This document shows positions 46,885-57,119 of a DNA stretch of 58,372 nt, in pieces. The notes under the pieces were generated by a model. The model had not been told where the DNA came from, made no database searches, and saw nothing but the letters and a program-made list of their open reading frames with translations. This DNA comes from Candidatus Micrarchaeota archaeon. GTDB lineage: Archaea; Micrarchaeota; Micrarchaeia; Micrarchaeales; Micrarchaeaceae. Within the stretch, counting starts at the first letter, position 1. Every line of letters begins with the position of its first letter. Location of the stretch: positions 1 to 58,372 of the forward strand of contig JAJZYD010000001.1 in NCBI GenBank assembly GCA_021806095.1, in the 5' to 3' direction. The position numbers and the translations under genes are program-made.

Positions 46885-47496
46885 TTATTTATATTTAAAA
46901 ACAGAAGAAAATATATCTAATATTATATCATTAAATTTATTTGGCTCATTAATATAACAAGCATGTCCTGCACCAATTATTACCTTTACTTCCCCATTAT
47001 ATTTTTCTAAAATTTCTCTGCCTTTTTCATGATCCGAAATTTTATCTTCTGAACCCCATATACCAAAGATAGGTACTTTTATCATATCAAAATTTATCTT
47101 TTCAATATCCACAGGCCCTACAAGCACTAATGCATTAATATTATCATTGTTTTCTGCTGCTTTTGCTGCAATATAAGCTCCAGCACTACACCCCAATAAT
47201 ATTTTCTTCTTTTGAATGCCTTTAGTTAATTCTTTGACAATATTAATTATTTCTCCTTCGTCTAATTTAATATTATTTCTGCTTTTCGGGAATCCTGGTA
47301 CATCAAAGGCAAGCATCTGTATCTTTTTGTTGTAAAGAAGTTTTGATAAACCAATATTATCCCAAATGTCTGAATTAAAACTATAACCATGTAATAAAAT
47401 AAGTGCATATTGTGAATCTATAGAATTCATATAATAAATATAATCATTGCCTTGATATTTAAAATTATATTTCTCCATTAAATTACCTATCCTCAT
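46885..47496 (-). CDS. Alpha/beta hydrolase
   Basis: LILLHGYSF, nucleophile elbow GCSAGA (G-x-S-x-G), and a C-terminal GAGHACY His motif. Confidence 0.75.
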   Translation of the reverse strand: MRIGNLMEKYNFKYQGNDYIYYMNSIDSQYALILLHGYSFNSDIWDNIGLSKLLYNKKIQMLAFDVPGFPKSRNNIKLDEGEIINIVKELTKGIQKKKILLGCSAGAYIAAKAAENNDNINALVLVGPVDIEKINFDMIKVPIFGIWGSEDKISDHEKGREILEKYNGEVKVIIGAGHACYINEPNKFNDIILDIFSSVFKYK

Positions 47497-47671
47497 ACAA
47501 ATTATTTCTATATATTTTATAAATATTTATTTTTTAATATGTTTATTTATAAATATTACAATATTACTAATTCAATAATATTAATAATGTTTTTGGTATT
47601 AACCTTTAAAATTTATTTAATAAGAAAATGAAAGCAGAAAAAAATATTTATAGTTATAATTTTATTTTTAT

Positions 47672-48823
47672 TTATGGTTGCATCCAATCAATCTCATAAT
47701 ATTCATAAGTGCTTTTTGGAAGTTCTATTTTAATTACTTTATAATAAGTTATTGCAGTTTCTCTATCTGCTATTGCAATAATAAGCTCAAGCTTCTTATC
47801 TTTTGCTTCGTTTATTATTGCACTTAGTTCAGCACCCCCTATTTTTTCTTCTTCGCTTAAAGATAACATTGCATATTTTGGCTTGCTTGTATCTGGTGTT
47901 TCAATATTATTATTTTTTCTGTGATATAACATAAAATCTATATTTATACTCCTTTTTCTACTTTTTCCAGGTATCGCAAGAATAAATGTCTTGCGAACGG
48001 AGTGTGCAACTCTTATCGCTCTGGCCCATTCAGAAATTAACAGTTTGGTATCTCTTGGGAATACATGTATAACATGTTTTGAATGCACCCAGTCATCATT
48101 TTTTATGGGTTTTGCACCAGGAAAATAAAGTCTAAAATGAGTTCCAAATTTAAATCCGGTTTTAATAACATAACCTTTGCTCCTCCAATCTTTATAAACT
48201 TGATAAAGCTTTATGAAGTCATTTCTTCGTTTTGTAGCAAGTTCAATAATACTGCTTTTATTATAGCCTTTTATATTAAGGATATTATTTTCCAGAAGAA
48301 ACAAGGTTTCATATATATCTAATTTGTTTAGTATACCCCTGTCGCTAAGTTTATATGTTCCATATTGGCCTAGCCAGTACTGTTCATAAAGCTCTTTTCC
48401 TATAATAGGTTCATCAATTACTGTTGTAAGGTCGTATGGAAAGAATAATCCCTCTATTGGTTTTATATTAAGCTTTAATTCGGATAAAGGATATTTTTTT
48501 TCTGGTAGTTTTGTTCCGATGCCATGTATTGAATCAAGTTTTTTTATTATCAAGCCCCTATCACGCCAATCTTTATAAGTCAAGTATCTTGCAAGTAATT
48601 TTCCATTCAATCCAAATCTTTCTGCAACTTTCCCAAAGCTCAATTCCTTTTTGTTATAGCTACAAGTTGCACCTCTAACATCAATCAAATAAAGAACCTC
48701 TTCAGATTCTAAATAAAGTAGTCTGTCCTTCATAAATCCAAAATATCCTTTTGCAAGGATATCTTTTGTTTGCTGGTCTGATGCAATAACCTCTTTCTTG
48801 CTTATGAAATCTAATTTTAGCAA
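47672..48823 (-). CDS. endA: tRNA-splicing endonuclease, three-unit single-polypeptide form
   Basis: Catalytic unit YKDWRSKGYVIKTGFKFGTHFRLY...HSKHVIHV...AHSVRKTFILAI (Tyr/His/Lys triad). A non-catalytic N-terminal unit (YLTYKDWRDRGLIIKK, no GxKFG block). An extra C-terminal structural unit (LELIIAIADRETAITYYKV). Confidence 0.8.
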   Translation of the reverse strand: MLKLDFISKKEVIASDQQTKDILAKGYFGFMKDRLLYLESEEVLYLIDVRGATCSYNKKELSFGKVAERFGLNGKLLARYLTYKDWRDRGLIIKKLDSIHGIGTKLPEKKYPLSELKLNIKPIEGLFFPYDLTTVIDEPIIGKELYEQYWLGQYGTYKLSDRGILNKLDIYETLFLLENNILNIKGYNKSSIIELATKRRNDFIKLYQVYKDWRSKGYVIKTGFKFGTHFRLYFPGAKPIKNDDWVHSKHVIHVFPRDTKLLISEWARAIRVAHSVRKTFILAIPGKSRKRSINIDFMLYHRKNNNIETPDTSKPKYAMLSLSEEEKIGGAELSAIINEAKDKKLELIIAIADRETAITYYKVIKIELPKSTYEYYEIDWMQP

Positions 48824-48844
48824 AATAATCCCTAAATACTTTTA

Positions 48845-49600
48845 TTAGTACATACTTTCAATTACCTCTTTTTCAATATCCGAAAGATTAGCTGGAATAA
48901 TAAGTGCTGTTGGACCGTTTGCAAAATTTAATTTTTTTGCTTCCTTAATATTAACAAGAAGTTTCTGTTGATCTTTAAGTGCAATTTTGTGCATTATAAA
49001 AAGCAGAGTGTTATCTTTTATAAGCCCTTTTTTATATTTCTTTTCAGCTTCATCTAATATAGATACCGCATCTTTGAGTGCAAGTGATGAATTTTTTGTT
49101 GGATCATAATCAAGCAAAACTAAGCTATGCAAATTGTTTTTGTAATTCCTTTCAATTGCTTCATAAAATGAGACAGGCATATAATTGCTCTGCCATTTTG
49201 ATATTGTGCATATTTGTCCAAATCTATAAAAATCAAGCCCACTTTCACCTATGATTGCAGATAAAATAGATGTTGCGTGGTAAACTTTTATCGGAACTTT
49301 TCTTTTTTTTGCTTCTATAAAAATTATTTTGTGAGTTGTTGCAATTAATGGATCTCCACCTATAATTATTGAAACATTTGCATCTCTTGCTCTTTCAATT
49401 ATTATTGAAAGTTTCTCTTCAAGATCTTCCCTATTTAAATCAATAAGAGGTTTATTAATTATATTTGATATAAATTCCTTTCTTTCATTATCAAAAAATG
49501 TTGTATACCTATCTGCATATACAATCGAATTTTTTAATATAGAAATTGCTTGCAGTGTCAGGTCATCATTATTCAATCCAATTCCAACAAGATTTAACAT
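48845..49600 (-). CDS. dph5: Diphthine synthase (Dph5)
   Basis: MLNLVGIGL....LTLQA, GGDPLIATTH and tetrapyrrole-methylase-fold blocks. 251 aa. Confidence 0.9.
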   Translation of the reverse strand: MLNLVGIGLNNDDLTLQAISILKNSIVYADRYTTFFDNERKEFISNIINKPLIDLNREDLEEKLSIIIERARDANVSIIIGGDPLIATTHKIIFIEAKKRKVPIKVYHATSILSAIIGESGLDFYRFGQICTISKWQSNYMPVSFYEAIERNYKNNLHSLVLLDYDPTKNSSLALKDAVSILDEAEKKYKKGLIKDNTLLFIMHKIALKDQQKLLVNIKEAKKLNFANGPTALIIPANLSDIEKEVIESMY

Positions 49601-49654
49601 TTATCATACACCATTGTTTATATTTTATTTTATAATTTTCTTTAACTAAAATAA

Positions 49655-50605
49655 TTAATCTTTTACACCATCGCTTGTTACTTTTATAACACATTCACCC
49701 TCTGGTTGGCTTGGCGAATCAACAAGCCTTATTATTCTTTTTTCTTCCTTGCTTTTCCTTAAATATAATCTTGTAGTTGCAGCATGTGCTATAACGTTGC
49801 CACCAATGGGTGTTGTAGGATCACCGAATAAAATACCTGGATTATCCATAACTTGATTTGTTATATATATTGCAATATTATATTTGTCTGCAAGTGTTTG
49901 GAGTCTATGTATATGTCCATTTAACTTCTGTTGTCTTTCACCTAATGCTCCTCTTCCCATAAATTCTGCCCTAAATAAAGAGGTTATTGAGTCAACAATT
50001 ATAAGTTTTATGTTTTTTTCCTGTATTAATTTATCAGCTCTTTCTATTGTAAGAATTTGTTGTTGTGTGGTGGTTGCTCTTACAACAATTATATTTTCAA
50101 GCACAGTTTTAGGATCAAGTCCTGCCGCCTTTGCGATGTCTTTTATTCTTTCAGGCCTAAATGTACCTTCAGTATCAATAAATAAAGTATTACCACCAAG
50201 CCCTCCTTTTCCTATAGGAAGCTGGACATTAACTGCAAGCTGAAATCCTATTTGAGTTTTACCGCTTGCAAATTTACCATAAGCTTCAGTAATAGCGTTT
50301 GTTTCAACTCCTCCCCCAATTAGTTCATTAAATTCTTTTGAGCCAGTGCTTATTCTACCTATTTCTTTCCTTCGCTCCAAGATTTTTTCTCCTGTTTCAT
50401 AGTTGATTGTAGTTGATTCTTGGGCTACTGTTATTGCTTTCTTTGCAGTATCTACACTGATCCCAGAAATTTCAGAGAGTTCATGCGGTGATGAAGTTGC
50501 GACTTTTTCAAGTGTGTCTATTCCTGCATTTCTTAGCTTTTCTGCTGTAGTTTCGCCTATCCCTGGAAGATCTTCAAGCTCACGTACTGCTTTATCCTTT
50601 GCCAT
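49655..50605 (-). CDS. radA: DNA repair and recombination protein RadA
   Basis: N-terminal HhH (LEDLPGIGETTAEKL), Walker A GKFASGKTQ, Walker B LIIVDSITS, and L2 region. Confidence 0.95.
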   Translation of the reverse strand: MAKDKAVRELEDLPGIGETTAEKLRNAGIDTLEKVATSSPHELSEISGISVDTAKKAITVAQESTTINYETGEKILERRKEIGRISTGSKEFNELIGGGVETNAITEAYGKFASGKTQIGFQLAVNVQLPIGKGGLGGNTLFIDTEGTFRPERIKDIAKAAGLDPKTVLENIIVVRATTTQQQILTIERADKLIQEKNIKLIIVDSITSLFRAEFMGRGALGERQQKLNGHIHRLQTLADKYNIAIYITNQVMDNPGILFGDPTTPIGGNVIAHAATTRLYLRKSKEEKRIIRLVDSPSQPEGECVIKVTSDGVKD

Positions 50606-50889
50606 TATTACACCTTTTTGTATTACTTTGAATCAACTTTGCTATAATTATATAATATTATATTAATATTAATATATATCTATCTTTTATTTTTATTATT
50701 TGATTGGTAAATTAAAGTATCAATTATAAAATAATTATATAATATAAATATAGATAAAAGAGAAATTAATAAATAAAATAAGAATAAAAATAAATATGTC
50801 TAAGATAATGCTTCATAAATATCTTGCGCATTTTTGATTATATATTAAATATATAATAAAATGAAAGAAAAGAAAATAAAAGATAAAAT

Positions 50890-52356
50890 TTATTTTACAA
50901 TTTTTTCAAGTATTGGATATGTTTCAAATAAGTTCTCTTGTTCGAGTTGTTGATAAAGCATATATACTATTCCTACTGTTAGTAGTATTCCCATACCAGT
51001 TCCTATCGCGCCAGTAAGCGTTGCTATCGCGGCTAATAATCCAACAAACATACTTCCCAGTATAGTTATAGTAGGTATATACTTGTTAAGAACATTTTCA
51101 ATAATTCTAGGATCTCTTCTGAATCCTGGTATCTGCCAGCCAACATCGCTCATCTGCTCTGCCATATTCTTCGGGCTCTGCCCTGTCATTTCAATCCAGA
51201 ATTTGCCAAATACAACACAAAGAGCCATAAGCACAAGCGTATATATTATTGCATGAACCCATTCTGGTATAAGAATAAATCCTCCTGTTGGAAGATATAA
51301 GGTTGAAACAGAGTTTAGCAGTATATGTATATAAGGCCCATACCCTCCAACACCATAAGGTGCTGGATAAGGTGATGGGAATGTTGGTGATATTAAGTAG
51401 ACAATGCCCCCAACAAGCTGTGGTGAGCCACCTATAGTTTGATAATAAGCAAAGAAATGTGCGAGGTTTGCCAAGCTTCCGCTAACATTAGCAAGAAATC
51501 TGAACCATATTGTAAGGCTGAGCTCAAGTGAGGATGCTAAAATAACTGGCAAAACACTGACATACAAGAAAGGTATGGGAAGGCGCCCGCCGACACCTCT
51601 GAACTGCTCAAACGAAAGAGGAAGCTCAACCTTTGTTTCATATGCATAGATGCTTACAAGTAGTATTATTATTGCAAAGAAGAATGGACCAAATACAAGT
51701 ACGGCATTTGGCAGTGCTGATGCACCGCCCCCACCTGTAGCTGGATTGAGCATGCTAATTGCTCCGGGAAGCAGGATTGTGAGCGTTCCTGCAATAATTG
51801 CATAAGATACCCCTGCAGCTATAAACATGTTTATCCCTGAAGTGACACCATACTTTGTCATCATCTCATCAAGGAATATAATTAAGATCGCGCCAATAGC
51901 AAGCTGCAATGCGACAATTCCAAACAATGAAGGAGATGATATAGGAACAAAATCTGTCATTATATATATTACAGATTCAACAACTGCTATAATAATTGCA
52001 AGAAGCTTCTGCAGAGTCTGAAATCTTGCTTTATCAATAGGATTATTTAAATCAATCTTTATAAGATCTGATCCTACAATAAGCTGCAATATAATGCTTG
52101 CAAGCACTATAGGCCCAATTCCTACTGTGATAAGGCTTCCTATCTTTGATGCAAATACAATGCTCATTAATTGGAAAAAAGGTTGTGATGCAATTGCAGT
52201 TTGATTAACACCAACGGCATACGTATTATATAACAAGAAATAGATTCCGATTATGCCTGCCGTCCAATACATCTTTTCTCTTAATGATAAAGGTTTTGAA
52301 GGGCCTTTTATTGAAGGTATAAATGGTTCTATTTTATCAATGAATCCAAGTGCCAT
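50890..52356 (-). CDS. secY: Preprotein translocase subunit SecY
   Basis: 10-TM topology with conserved SecY/Sec61alpha blocks (GIGPIVLASIILQL, GVTSGINMFIAAGV, MSDVGWQIPGFR). Confidence 0.93.
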   Translation of the reverse strand: MALGFIDKIEPFIPSIKGPSKPLSLREKMYWTAGIIGIYFLLYNTYAVGVNQTAIASQPFFQLMSIVFASKIGSLITVGIGPIVLASIILQLIVGSDLIKIDLNNPIDKARFQTLQKLLAIIIAVVESVIYIMTDFVPISSPSLFGIVALQLAIGAILIIFLDEMMTKYGVTSGINMFIAAGVSYAIIAGTLTILLPGAISMLNPATGGGGASALPNAVLVFGPFFFAIIILLVSIYAYETKVELPLSFEQFRGVGGRLPIPFLYVSVLPVILASSLELSLTIWFRFLANVSGSLANLAHFFAYYQTIGGSPQLVGGIVYLISPTFPSPYPAPYGVGGYGPYIHILLNSVSTLYLPTGGFILIPEWVHAIIYTLVLMALCVVFGKFWIEMTGQSPKNMAEQMSDVGWQIPGFRRDPRIIENVLNKYIPTITILGSMFVGLLAAIATLTGAIGTGMGILLTVGIVYMLYQQLEQENLFETYPILEKIVK

Positions 52357-52577
52357 CCTATCACATTACTTTATAATTATATCATATATATTTTATATTA
52401 TATTTTGTTTATTAGGTTTTTTAACTTTATTTTTATCAAATAAATTGCAAAGATATAAAAATTATTTGAAATAAATTTAAATAATAAAAAAATATAAATT
52501 ATAACAATAAAACAATCAAATTCTTTTAATAATATATAAATGTCTTTCGCTTATCACTTTTGTTGTATTATCATTTA

Positions 52578-53642
52578 TTATTGCTTTTCTTTTTGTTCTT
52601 TTATATCAACTATATATCTGCCATCTTTTGAACTTTCATTGTCTAAGATATTTAAATTTAGAAAATTTGACAGAGTATTATCCAAAAATGCAGAAGCAAA
52701 ATTTATGAAGTTGATATTGTCATAAGATTCATAATATATTTTAATATGCAAGGGCTTCTTGCTTATTATTTCAGGCTCGCCAAAGCCCAAATCTCTTATC
52801 ATTTCTATTAATTTAACAATATAATTCCTTTTGTTTCTTGGATTTGTAGTAGACAATATCTTACCAAACATAATTCCCATATAAACTCCAACCTCAGGAA
52901 TTGATTCTGCAATATTTTTGTTAAGAAGTGCAGAGCGCGAAAGCAGCCAATAACTTTTAAGAAATTTTTTATCTGTATTTTCAATAATAGAACCTAATGT
53001 ATTATAAATATCTTCTACCTCTTTTGTTTTGCTTGGAAGCAAGTTTGCGTCATCAAAGAGTCTTTGACTGGCTTTAAATATTTTTGTATTGCCAATCATT
53101 GATTCATTGACATAAAAACGATTTTTATATAGTGCATTGAGGAATCCCGCTATAATTCCGGATTCAAAATCATTATTTGTATTTTTAATATTGTAGAAGT
53201 GCATTTCAATACCATCAAATATAAAATGCACTGTTACTTTATCATAGCCAACTCTCTCAAAAAAGTTTACAAGTTCTATTATCATTTCTTCGGGCAGCGC
53301 ATCATATTTGTTTTTTGATATATTTTCATAAAGCGATTTGCCTGTTGAAAATCCATTCTCATACTGCATCCTCTTCAAGCTAGGGCTCAAGTTCAATAGC
53401 GTTGAGCTTAATTCCATAGCTTTCCATGAAACTAACTCTTTCTTTTGATAAGAATCCTTAATATCCTTATTAAACAATATATTGTTCAATATTACATCTG
53501 TTAAATTATGATAGTGTTTATAATCATATTTAATGCTCAATCCATCTTTAACAGAGTTTTGCCTATTTATCTCAGCATAAGATTTAGTTTTAGTTTTATA
53601 CCTTTTTCCTCTTTGAGCCATGGCCGCCACCAACATTCTCAA
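52578..53642 (-). CDS. Hypothetical cytoplasmic protein
   Basis: Long uninterrupted ORF on the coding strand of its neighbours. Overlaps the end of the upstream membrane-protein gene. No motif I can name. Confidence 0.45.
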   Translation of the reverse strand: MRMLVAAMAQRGKRYKTKTKSYAEINRQNSVKDGLSIKYDYKHYHNLTDVILNNILFNKDIKDSYQKKELVSWKAMELSSTLLNLSPSLKRMQYENGFSTGKSLYENISKNKYDALPEEMIIELVNFFERVGYDKVTVHFIFDGIEMHFYNIKNTNNDFESGIIAGFLNALYKNRFYVNESMIGNTKIFKASQRLFDDANLLPSKTKEVEDIYNTLGSIIENTDKKFLKSYWLLSRSALLNKNIAESIPEVGVYMGIMFGKILSTTNPRNKRNYIVKLIEMIRDLGFGEPEIISKKPLHIKIYYESYDNINFINFASAFLDNTLSNFLNLNILDNESSKDGRYIVDIKEQKEKQ

Positions 53643-54126
53643 TATTGCAGCTTCTATTAGGCTGCTTCTTAATCAAATAATATATAATAAGAAAAAGATT
53701 TATAACTATCATTACACCGAACAGCAGTGAGCTATTATTAAATATAAAACTATCAAGCATTATTAATTGCGATATGCTTATGCCAAAAGTTGTAAGGCTA
53801 AATAATAATGGGGCTGTACATCCGCAACCGGAAATTACACTCCCCAATAATGCCGTTGCAGTGCCAATTAAGCCTGAACTAGTTTTTGAATATGAAAATC
53901 CAGAATGCTTGATTGTGTATACAGATATTGTAAGAAGTATTGATGAGCTTATTATTAATGAATATAAAAGTAATGGCGGTATTGTTACAAATATAAAAAG
54001 TGGATTTTGCAGTGATAAGACTCCATAAAACAATAAATAATAAGCAATCAAAGCTGCGACATTAAGCACAATGTATTTTGGTGTATATATCTCTTTTATT
54101 TTTTGTATTATATCCATAATGATCAA
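53596..54126 (-). CDS. Hypothetical polytopic membrane protein with an intramembrane GCGC motif
   Basis: 4-5 hydrophobic helices, with SVISGCGCTAPLLF in one of them. Function unknown. Confidence 0.45.
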   Translation of the reverse strand: MIIMDIIQKIKEIYTPKYIVLNVAALIAYYLLFYGVLSLQNPLFIFVTIPPLLLYSLIISSSILLTISVYTIKHSGFSYSKTSSGLIGTATALLGSVISGCGCTAPLLFSLTTFGISISQLIMLDSFIFNNSSLLFGVMIVINLFLIIYYLIKKQPNRSCNIENVGGGHGSKRKKV

Positions 54127-54435
54127 TCTATAATATACCTATAAATATATATAATATATAAATATATAAAAAATTAATAAATAAAATTTATATAATAAAA
54201 TTATAATATACACAATAAGACTATTGATAATAATATAATTCCTTTTTATAAATAATTGCAATGCAGATATTTAATTCTTGCTCTTTCAAATAAATAATAA
54301 ATAAATTATAGACAAGAAATGAGTAGCAAATTTATAATAATAAAAATAATCGTAAGGTTATTAAATTCTTGCGAAATAAATATAAAAATATAAAAGATAG
54401 AAAAGCAAAATTTAAAATATATTAATGTGATTTAA

Positions 54436-55002
54436 ATGGGAGCATACCAGCATATGAAAAAAAGTTTTATTTCAGAATACAAAGAGCGTTCAGAAGCTTA
54501 TAGGTCGCGCTTAATAAAATGGAATGGCGAATCGCCAATAGTAAGGATTCAAAAACCAACAAACATTGCAAGGGCAAGAGAAATAGGTTATAAGGCAAAG
54601 CAAGGCATAATTGTTGCAAGAGTTGCAGTGCTAGGAGGCAGAAAGAAAAGAGTAACGCCAGGAGGGGGCAGAAAGCCTTCAAAGGCAGGTCGTTATTTTA
54701 CACGGGAGAAATCGACACGTGCAATTGCAGAGGAAAGGGCCGCAAAGAAGTTTACCAATGCAGAGGTGCTCAATTCCTATTTTGTAGGTGAAATAGGTTC
54801 AAAGAAATTTTATGAGATAATAATGCTTGATAGAGCAAATCCCTCTATAATTAATGATCCTATTTATAGCAATATAATTAAGCAGAAGAATAGAGTGTTC
54901 AGAGGACTGACGCGTGCCGGAAGGAAGCATAGAGGCATTGCCCAATCAGGCTTTGGTACAAAGAGATTTAGGCCAAGCAAGCGCACTAATATTAGAAGTT
55001 AG
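54436..55002 (+). CDS. rpl15e: 50S ribosomal protein L15e
   Basis: YQHMKKSF...RLIKWN...RIQKPTN..RAR.IGYKAKQG and GGRKP blocks match eL15. Confidence 0.92.
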   Translation: MGAYQHMKKSFISEYKERSEAYRSRLIKWNGESPIVRIQKPTNIARAREIGYKAKQGIIVARVAVLGGRKKRVTPGGGRKPSKAGRYFTREKSTRAIAEERAAKKFTNAEVLNSYFVGEIGSKKFYEIIMLDRANPSIINDPIYSNIIKQKNRVFRGLTRAGRKHRGIAQSGFGTKRFRPSKRTNIRS

Positions 55003-55013
55003 AAGGAAGCTAA

Positions 55014-55313
55014 ATGGCATATATAACATTTTCTAAGAAGTTTCCAGGGCAGAGGGAACTTGTGCATAAGTTTAAGCATAGCTTTAATGATTCAATTATT
55101 GAGCTGAGAGGCAAGAAGAATTTTGACAAACTTATGAAAGATGCTTCATTGAAAGGTTTTGATAGACTTATTATTATTGAAAGAATCATGAATGATAAAA
55201 AATATAAAGGAATAATAATAAAGATTGAGGTTGATAAAGAAAGATTAAAATGGGAATATGGGCGAGAATTTAAGATATTAAGCATCAATGATTTAGCAAA
55301 TATAAAAGAATAA
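55014..55313 (+). CDS. Short Brix/Imp4-like domain protein (apparently N-terminal half only)
   Basis: ITFSKKFPGQRELVHKF....IELRGKKNFDKLMKDASLKGFDRLIIIE parallels the ITTSRKPS..T..F.K.L......RGK.SL.EL...A...G...L.IV.E block of archaeal Brix proteins, which commonly follow rpl15e. Only 99 aa. Confidence 0.4.
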   Translation: MAYITFSKKFPGQRELVHKFKHSFNDSIIELRGKKNFDKLMKDASLKGFDRLIIIERIMNDKKYKGIIIKIEVDKERLKWEYGREFKILSINDLANIKE

Positions 55314-55565
55314 AAAAAGGAAAAATTAAAAAATAAATAGACAATAAAATATTGCAAAATTTAATTTTAAATTTCCATAAACTTTTATATAATATTTATA
55401 TAACTCAATATTGTGATTCCTTACATTTAAAATTTGTGGGTTTCAAAATGACAATAAGGTATAATGTTAATTTGAAGTTCCACTAAAATAAATTATGAAA
55501 AGATTTATAAATATATGCTGTTTTATATAATCAAATTTAAATTACAAAAATAAAAGAGTGAGAAA

Positions 55566-56159
55566 ATGTTTGGAAAGAAAATATTAGAAGGTAGAGAACG
55601 TGCGCAGAGCGCAATGGAGTATCTTATGACCTATGGTTGGGCGATACTCATCATTGCAATTGTTCTTGCAATACTCTTTAAGTTAGGAGTATTTAGTGGT
55701 GCAAGCCTTACAGGAACATCATGTTTGGGTTCACCAGGATTCTCATGTTCAAATCCTGTATTAAGTAGTACAGCAGGTTTAAGTTTCAGTTTAGGTCAGA
55801 GCACTGGCAGTGAACTTTATAATGTTCTAATAGCATGCTCTGGAAGTTCAGGAGCAGCAGGTTATCCAGCAGATGGTACATATTGGGATACATTATCTAG
55901 CGGAGGTGCAGCAACTCCAAACAACGCACTTCCTGTAACTAGTGCACCAGCTTCAACTGCATCTCTTAACTTAGCAAATGGTCAATCAGTAACAGTAAGC
56001 AATGTAATTTGTTATGATTCAAGCAATTCACCAACAACAGGTTATACAATAGGCCAATCATTCCAAGGATATATATGGTTAGCATATTCAACTTCATCAA
56101 CAGGAACACCAATACAAACACAAAAAGCAATAACAATATCAGTAAAGGCAACATCTTAA
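55566..56159 (+). CDS. Archaeal type IV pilin-like protein (class III signal peptide, DUF361-type)
   Basis: N-terminus ...RERAQSAMEYLMTYGWAILIIAIVLAILF is the [KR][GA]Q-x-x-x-EYL plus hydrophobic-helix motif cleaved by PibD/EppA-type peptidases. Ser/Thr/Gly-rich globular part. Confidence 0.75.
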   Translation: MFGKKILEGRERAQSAMEYLMTYGWAILIIAIVLAILFKLGVFSGASLTGTSCLGSPGFSCSNPVLSSTAGLSFSLGQSTGSELYNVLIACSGSSGAAGYPADGTYWDTLSSGGAATPNNALPVTSAPASTASLNLANGQSVTVSNVICYDSSNSPTTGYTIGQSFQGYIWLAYSTSSTGTPIQTQKAITISVKATS

Positions 56160-56459
56160 AGTTAAAGAGATATATAGTATAATATGAATAAGAATGAAAG
56201 GTCGTAAGATCTTTCTTTTATTTTATTTTTTTTATTTTCTTCTATTTTGCTCTTTTTAAATAACAAACTTTTTCTTTTGTATCTTTATATTAATATTGTA
56301 AAATGCCTGAAATAAACAATCATATCAGCATAACATTTAAATAATTATTTGTTAATAATTATTGATTATTTATATTAATTAATCAAATATATTAAGATAA
56401 TAAATATAAATATTAAAATATAATATTAAATAAATTATATAAATAAAAAAACAACAAAG

Positions 56460-56666
56460 GTGCTTTATATAAAAATAAAAGATTTAAGATCGCTTCAAAG
56501 TGTGAATTTAAAAGATAAACTTAAGGAGCTTAGGCTAGAGCTAGCTTCGGAGAAGCGAAAAGTGGCTTCAACAGGTGTTGCTAGCAAAGTAGTAAAGACA
56601 AAGGATATAAAACATACAATTGCTAGAATAAAAACAATTCTCAATGAGAGAGGTGTAACCGAATAA
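56460..56666 (+). CDS. rpl29: 50S ribosomal protein L29 (uL29)
   Basis: IKDLRSLQSVNLKDKLKELRLELASEKRK...IKHTIARIKTILNE matches uL29. GTG start. Confidence 0.82.
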   Translation: MLYIKIKDLRSLQSVNLKDKLKELRLELASEKRKVASTGVASKVVKTKDIKHTIARIKTILNERGVTE

Positions 56667-56971
56667 TGTCTGATACTTGCCCAAAATGCGGATTACCAAC
56701 AGAGCTTTGTGTCTGCAAAGTTCTAGATAGAGAAACAGAATCTAAAATAAGAATTTATACCAAAAAGGCTAAATTCAAAAAATTTTTAACTGTCGTTGAA
56801 GGTATAGATCCAGGTACAGTTGAAAGAACCACAAAGGAGCTCAAGCGCGCCCTTGCTTGTGGAGGTACTATTAAGGATGGATTGATAGAGCTTCAAGGAG
56901 AGCATAAAGCGGCAACTAAAAGAATTCTTGTCAATTTAGGATATAAGAATGAAAATATTGATATTGCATAA
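56666..56971 (+). CDS. sui1: Translation initiation factor aSUI1 (eIF1 homologue)
   Basis: N-terminal zinc-knuckle-like CPKCGLPTELCVC followed by the SUI1 domain (IRIYTKKAKFKKFLTVVEGI, LKRALACGGTIKDG.IELQGEH). ATG overlaps the rpl29 stop (TAATG). Confidence 0.9.
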   Translation: MSDTCPKCGLPTELCVCKVLDRETESKIRIYTKKAKFKKFLTVVEGIDPGTVERTTKELKRALACGGTIKDGLIELQGEHKAATKRILVNLGYKNENIDIA

Positions 56972-57119
56972 TCATTGTTGGTATTATTCATCTTTATTTA
57001 TAAATAAATAATAATTTCTGGGAAAAAAAGTGAGTAGTGGAATTCTCATTAAAAATCAAAATAATCATAAGATTATTAAACTCTTACCATGATTGTTTTA
57101 GAATATTTGGTGATTTCTT

